DNA from: Eubacteriales bacterium
GTDB lineage: Bacteria > Bacillota > Clostridia > Oscillospirales > QAKW01
Length of the DNA: 64,000 nucleotides
Direction of reading: 5' to 3'
Assembly (NCBI GenBank): GCA_045541455.1
Contig: JAZQJA010000058.1
Coordinates: 115-64,114, forward strand
Notes under the pieces: generated by a model
The model's input: only the letters and a program-made list of their open reading frames with translations
What the model was told of the DNA's origin: nothing
Databases searched by the model: none
Program-made: the position numbers and the translations under genes
Shown: in pieces, positions 58,026 through 64,000 of the stretch
Layout of the letters: each line of letters begins with the position of its first letter
Position numbering within the stretch: the stretch's first letter is position 1

Positions 58026-58769
58026 TTATATTATATTTTTCATATCATATAGGCCGGGAACTTGATTTTTTAACCATGTTGAAGCATTTATTGCACCTAT
58101 TGCAAAAACTTTTTTAGAAAAGGCTGTGTGTTTGATTTCAACAACTTCGTCAGTTCCTGCAAAAATTACGCTGTGTTCGCCGACTATTGTTCCGCCTCGT
58201 AATGAGCTAATTCCGATTTCGTTTTTTTCTCGTGCTTTTCTTATAGAATGTCTATCAAAAACAAGATCGTATTCTCCGCAATCGTTAAGTGCGTTTGCAA
58301 GCATAATTGCCGTTCCGCTTGGAGCATCAATTTTTTTGTTATGGTGTTTTTCTATAATTTCAATGTCGAATTGATTTCCTAAAATCGTCTTAGCTTTAAT
58401 TGCTAGCTCAGTAATAAGGTTAATTCCAAGCGACATATTATAAGTGAAAAAAACGGGGACGGATTTTGCAGTTTGCTCGATTTTTGTAATATCTGCATTT
58501 GTGTTACCGGTTGTTGCAATTACAACAGCGGTTTTAGTAGATTTTGCATATTGCAGTATACTATCGAGTAGGGAAGGATGAGAAAAATCAATTATCACAT
58601 CTGCTTTTTCCTTGACATCACTTATAGCTGAGTAAATAGGATAGTCAGTTGTAAGGTCGTTTCTCAAATCCACACCTGCAATGATTTTTATGTCATCTCT
58701 TTCTTTGGCTAGCTGAGTTATGGTTTTTCCCATATTACCTTGACAGCCGCATAGAATAATTTCCGTCAT
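58026..58769 (-). CDS. dapB: 4-hydroxy-tetrahydrodipicolinate reductase
   Basis: GCQGNMG Rossmann N-terminus and EKHHNKKIDAPSGTA signature. Confidence 0.92.
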   Translation of the reverse strand: MTEIILCGCQGNMGKTITQLAKERDDIKIIAGVDLRNDLTTDYPIYSAISDVKEKADVIIDFSHPSLLDSILQYAKSTKTAVVIATTGNTNADITKIEQTAKSVPVFFTYNMSLGINLITELAIKAKTILGNQFDIEIIEKHHNKKIDAPSGTAIMLANALNDCGEYDLVFDRHSIRKAREKNEIGISSLRGGTIVGEHSVIFAGTDEVVEIKHTAFSKKVFAIGAINASTWLKNQVPGLYDMKNII

Positions 58770-58787
58770 TTTAATACATCCTTTTTG

Positions 58788-59669
58788 TTATATAAGTCCT
58801 ATATTTTCTAAATCATTTTTCAAACGTTCAAAGTTTGCAGGTTCCATTTCACATAAAGGTAAGCGGATTGCGCCACCAATTTTGCCCATTAAATTCAACG
58901 CTGTTTTGACAGGTATTGGGTTAACTTCACAAAACAGAGAATTTATAAGTGGTAAATACTTTAGTTGCAAATCTTTTGCACTTTTATAATCGCCATTTAG
59001 CATATACTGACACATATTATGTGTATCAAGAGGTGCAACATTTGATAAAACTGAAATTACACCGATGCCTCCTAACGACATTATAGGAATAATTTGATCG
59101 TCGTTGCCTGAATATATATCAAGGTCACATTCAGCGGCAATTTGCGCAATTTGAGAAATGTTTCCCGAGGCTTCTTTTACTGCAACAATATTTTCAGTAA
59201 GTGATAGTTTTTTGTAGGTGTCGATTGATATGTTGACACCCGTTCTTGATGGAACATTGTAAAGAATACAAGGTAAATTAACACTGTTTGCAATGGCATT
59301 GAAATGCATTACAAGTCCTTTTTGCGTCGCCTTGTTATAATAAGGTGTTACGAGTAACAGACCGTCTACACCGATACTTTCTGCATATTTGGATAACTGT
59401 ATTGAATATGCAGTGTCGTTGCTTCCGGTACCGGCAATTACGGGAACTCTCCCGTTAACAGCATTAACTGTATATTTAATTACTTCCTTATGCTCATTAT
59501 CGTTTAGGGTTTTTGCTTCTCCGGTTGTTCCACAAACAATGATAGCGTCGGTTTTATTATTGATATTAAATTCAATGAGTTCGCCGAGTTTATCATAGTT
59601 TACGGAAAAATCGTCATTCATTGGTGTTACGATTGCAACACCTGCACCTTTAAAAACGGTCTTCTTCAT
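58788..59669 (-). CDS. dapA: 4-hydroxy-tetrahydrodipicolinate synthase
   Basis: GTTGE, the PYYNK region and the active-site Lys region (VAVKEASG). Confidence 0.92.
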   Translation of the reverse strand: MKKTVFKGAGVAIVTPMNDDFSVNYDKLGELIEFNINNKTDAIIVCGTTGEAKTLNDNEHKEVIKYTVNAVNGRVPVIAGTGSNDTAYSIQLSKYAESIGVDGLLLVTPYYNKATQKGLVMHFNAIANSVNLPCILYNVPSRTGVNISIDTYKKLSLTENIVAVKEASGNISQIAQIAAECDLDIYSGNDDQIIPIMSLGGIGVISVLSNVAPLDTHNMCQYMLNGDYKSAKDLQLKYLPLINSLFCEVNPIPVKTALNLMGKIGGAIRLPLCEMEPANFERLKNDLENIGLI

Positions 59670-59681
59670 AAAGACAACTCC

Positions 59682-60767
59682 TTAATTCATATAACCTTTT
59701 GCGTAAAGAAGTTCTGCAAGAAGAACGGCGCCTCCTGCAGCACCTCTTAAAGTGTTGTGTGATAAGCAAACAAATTTATAATCAAAAATTCTGTCCTCAC
59801 GTAATCTTCCTATCGAAACCGCCATGCCGTGTTCATTGTCACGGTCAAGCTTTGTTTGGGGGCGATTATCCTCCTCAAAATAATGTAGGAACTGTTTGGG
59901 AGCGCTGGGGAGATTGAGCTTTTGCGGTTCGCCAGAAAAATCAGCCCAAAGTTTAAGTATTTCTTCTTTGCTGGGCTTTTCACCTTTGAATTTCATAAAC
60001 ACTGCCGCCATATGACCGTTTGATGCAGCAACACGCAGACATTGTGCAGTGATTACAGGAGATGTTGCGTTTTTTATAACGTCACCGTCCACGCTTCCCC
60101 AAATCTTCATAGGTTCTTGTTCACTTTTTTCTTCTTCACCACCGATAAAGGGAATAACATTATCAACCATTTCAGGCCATCTTTCAAAAGTTTTACCTGC
60201 TCCACTAATAGCTTGATAAGTGCAAGCCAAAGCGGTGTCTATTTCATATTTTTCCATCAGTGGATGCATTGCAGGGACATAGCTTTGAAGTGAACAATTT
60301 GATTTAACTGCGATAAAGCCTTTTTTTGTTCCAAGTCTTTTACGCTGAGCGTCAATAATTTTTGCATGTTCGGGATTTATTTCAGGTATAATCATAGGTA
60401 CATCAGGTGTGCCTCTATGTGCAGAGTTATTTGAAATAACAGGGCATTCAAGCTTTGCGTAAGCCTCTTCAAGAGCTTTAATTTCATCTTTGGGCATATC
60501 TACAGCACAAAAAACAAATTTTACTTGCGATGCGATTTTTTCTTTGTCTGCAAGAGCATCATAAACATACATATCAGCGATTACATTTGATAGTTCTGTA
60601 TCCATACACCAACGACCACCAAGAGCTTCGCTATATTTTTTACCAGCACTGCGCGGTGAAGCTGCAAGTACCTTAATATTAAACCATGGATGGTTTTCTA
60701 AGAGCGTTATAAAACGCTGTCCAACCATACCTGTAGCGCCAATAATACCAACATCACATTTTTCCAT
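59682..60767 (-). CDS. asd: Aspartate-semialdehyde dehydrogenase
   Basis: GATGMVGQRF NAD(P)-binding motif, active-site SNCS, and asd-dapA-dapB operon context. Confidence 0.9.
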   Translation of the reverse strand: MEKCDVGIIGATGMVGQRFITLLENHPWFNIKVLAASPRSAGKKYSEALGGRWCMDTELSNVIADMYVYDALADKEKIASQVKFVFCAVDMPKDEIKALEEAYAKLECPVISNNSAHRGTPDVPMIIPEINPEHAKIIDAQRKRLGTKKGFIAVKSNCSLQSYVPAMHPLMEKYEIDTALACTYQAISGAGKTFERWPEMVDNVIPFIGGEEEKSEQEPMKIWGSVDGDVIKNATSPVITAQCLRVAASNGHMAAVFMKFKGEKPSKEEILKLWADFSGEPQKLNLPSAPKQFLHYFEEDNRPQTKLDRDNEHGMAVSIGRLREDRIFDYKFVCLSHNTLRGAAGGAVLLAELLYAKGYMN

Positions 60768-60899
60768 TTTTTGTGTCTCCTTGAAATAAACTATTGAAAA
60801 TATAGAAAAACCAATATATAATCATTAATGTTATGTATTGATTTATTATAATAATATATCATTATACTTTTTTTATGTCAATAAAAAGGAAAAAATTAT

Positions 60900-61925
60900 A
60901 TGAATATTAAAGATTTTGATTATATACTTCCCGAACATTTAATTGCACAAACGCCTATAGATAAGCGTGATAATTCACGTCTTATGGTTCTTGATAGGTC
61001 GAGTGGCAATATTAAGCACGAACATTTTTTTGATGTTCTAAACCACTTAAATAAAGGTGACGTACTGGTACTTAATAATTCCAAAGTTATTCCTGCACGT
61101 ATTTTTGGTAAACGAAAGGGAACTGGGGGAGTTATTGAAACATTACTGTTGAAACCTTTAGCTGATAGTTCTTGGGAGGTTTTGGTAAAGCCTGGGCGTA
61201 AGGCTTTGCCGGGACAAGTTATTGAATATGGAGACTCGTTAGTGGGAACTGTTACTAAAATAACAGAAGATGGTAATAGGATTATAGATTTTGAATATTC
61301 ATCTAATAATTTTTATGAAATTTTGGATAAAATCGGAAATATGCCGTTACCACCATATATTAAAGAACGATTAAAAGATAAAGATAGATATCAAACTGTT
61401 TATGCTAAAGACTTGGGATCTGCGGCTGCGCCTACTGCAGGGCTTCATTTTACTGGTGAATTGCTAGAAAAATTAAAGAAAAAAGGCGTAATAGTAAAAT
61501 TTGTTACACTTCATGTTGGTTTAGGCACTTTTAGGCCTGTAAAGGTAGAAAACATTACAGATCACAAGATGCATTCGGAGTATTTTTATGTACCTGATGA
61601 TACTGCTAAAGCAATATATGCTGCAAAAAAAGAAAATAGACGTGTTGTGTGCGTTGGAACCACATCTGTTAGAACGGTTGAAAGTGCATTTGACTGTGAC
61701 TTTAATTTAATTAAAGGTAGTGGAGATACAAATATATTTATTTATCCCGGTTATAAATTTAAAATCGTTGACGCAATAATTACTAATTTTCATCTTCCTC
61801 AAAGTACTTTGGTTATGTTGATAAGCGCTTTCGCCGGAAGAAATAATGTACTTTCTGCTTATCAAAAAGCAATTGATAACGAATACCGCTTTTTTAGTTT
61901 TGGAGATGCGATGCTTATAGAATGA
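60900..61925 (+). CDS. queA: S-adenosylmethionine:tRNA ribosyltransferase-isomerase
   Basis: FDYILPEHLIAQTP N-terminus, PLPPYI and GTTS blocks. Confidence 0.95.
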   Translation: MNIKDFDYILPEHLIAQTPIDKRDNSRLMVLDRSSGNIKHEHFFDVLNHLNKGDVLVLNNSKVIPARIFGKRKGTGGVIETLLLKPLADSSWEVLVKPGRKALPGQVIEYGDSLVGTVTKITEDGNRIIDFEYSSNNFYEILDKIGNMPLPPYIKERLKDKDRYQTVYAKDLGSAAAPTAGLHFTGELLEKLKKKGVIVKFVTLHVGLGTFRPVKVENITDHKMHSEYFYVPDDTAKAIYAAKKENRRVVCVGTTSVRTVESAFDCDFNLIKGSGDTNIFIYPGYKFKIVDAIITNFHLPQSTLVMLISAFAGRNNVLSAYQKAIDNEYRFFSFGDAMLIE

Positions 61926-61938
61926 TTTGGAGGAATAA

Positions 61939-63072
<1,134 letters not shown>

Positions 63073-63140
63073 ACACTTGATTTTTAAAGTGAAATATTTT
63101 ATAATGCTAAATAATATATTGATTGGAGGATTTTTATCTA

Positions 63141-63410
63141 ATGGATGCTAATACAATGAGCGTAGTTGTTATGATAGCCATTATGGTTGTTATGTATCTT
63201 GTAATGTTTTTACCGCAAAAAAAGAAAGAAAAGGCTGTTAAACAGCTTAGAAACAATCTCGAGGTTGGAGATGTTGTTATAATGGATTGCGGTATCGTAG
63301 GACGAGTTATATCAGTTAAAGATATCGAAACTGTTACAATTGAAACAGGCGCCGATAAGACAAAATTAAAATTTAAAAGATGGGCTGTAGTTGCTAAAGA
63401 AGAGCAATAA
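63141..63410 (+). CDS. yajC: Preprotein translocase subunit YajC
   Basis: Single TM helix followed by PQKKKEK...L..GD.V....G..G. Conserved queA-tgt-yajC order. I prefer the ATG at 63141, downstream of ggagga. Confidence 0.88.
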   Translation: MDANTMSVVVMIAIMVVMYLVMFLPQKKKEKAVKQLRNNLEVGDVVIMDCGIVGRVISVKDIETVTIETGADKTKLKFKRWAVVAKEEQ

Positions 63411-63423
63411 TTAGAATAAAGTT

Positions 63424-63466
63424 ACCCCCGGTTGAATACTATTATAGTGTTCAATGGGGGTATTTT
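63424..63466 (+). terminator. Intrinsic terminator after yajC
   Basis: acccccggttgaatact-attat-agtgttcaatgggggt followed by T7. Confidence 0.7.
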
Positions 63467-63469
63467 TTT

Positions 63470-63892
63470 ATGCAAAATTATAAAAATTCAAGTGTTTTCG
63501 ATAAATGGTATATTAAAATGGCGGTATCAATTCTGATATCTATATTAGTTATGTTTTTACTAACTATATTATCAAGTTATATTATTTACAAAACAAATGT
63601 TTCAGAGACATTTGAAGGGCTATTTATGATAATAATAACTGCTGTTATATCTATTTTACTCACTACATTATTGATATTTTCTATTCAAACAAAAGGCATA
63701 AATTGTTCACTGATGGCTATGGCGGTTATCACAATACTTAAGATTTCACTTTCACTAGTTATAAATAATAAAGTGAGTTTTTCAGTAAAAGGAATTGTGA
63801 ATCTATTATTTATAATGCTGTTTTGTTTTTTTGGGGGAATGCTTGGATCGTACATTAAAAATAGCAAATTGCATAAAAATATTAAAATTTAA
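63470..63892 (+). CDS. Hypothetical four-TM membrane protein
   Basis: 140-aa ORF with four hydrophobic segments. I recognise no family with confidence. Confidence 0.5.
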   Translation: MQNYKNSSVFDKWYIKMAVSILISILVMFLLTILSSYIIYKTNVSETFEGLFMIIITAVISILLTTLLIFSIQTKGINCSLMAMAVITILKISLSLVINNKVSFSVKGIVNLLFIMLFCFFGGMLGSYIKNSKLHKNIKI

Positions 63893-64000
63893 ATGTTTTT
63901 TTAAAAATCTATTGACTTTCAAAAAACAGAACATTTTGAACCTGATTTCATTATTACAACTATATATTGATATATCGATAAAAAGGTTTACATAATATTT

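Overview
This is a low-GC chromosomal segment from an endospore-forming Firmicute, class Clostridia by gene content. That call rests on a complete spoIIIAA-AH operon followed by an Asp23/yqhY-like gene, spoIIE, T-box leaders and a split transketolase. About 90% of the window is ordinary core genome: thrS, alaS, ligA, recJ, relA, dtd, secDF, yajC, queA-tgt, asd-dapA-dapB, nadE, a livJHMGF-type ABC transporter, ychF, rarA, nth, dusB and an ABC-F ATPase. There are six tRNA genes: a partial Asn, a Met-Glu-Val cluster, and Ala. There are two clear T-box riboswitches, an Ala specifier upstream of alaS and a Trp specifier upstream of an orphan trpB. I found no CRISPR array, transposase, integrase, phage genes or recognisable defence system. 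I cannot point to a convincing new multi-gene system. The most unusual observations are listed below. (1) Two housekeeping enzymes, single-chain L-serine dehydratase and phosphoglucosamine mutase GlmM, each carry an in-frame N-terminal XRE-type helix-turn-helix domain, and candidate operator repeats lie in their own upstream regions. (2) An untracked 28-codon Cys-rich single-TM mini-ORF with a strong Shine-Dalgarno sits between ychF and the spoIIE locus. (3) An iteron-like array of 20-24 bp degenerate repeats lies between the tRNA-Asn terminator and a PHP-phosphoesterase promoter. (4) A small accessory operon encodes an M20 amidohydrolase, an alkaline-phosphatase-superfamily protein and a GH94-like 840-aa protein. 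(5) A Trp T-box appears to control both a stand-alone trpB and nadE. All functional calls come from motif recognition by eye. No database search was possible.
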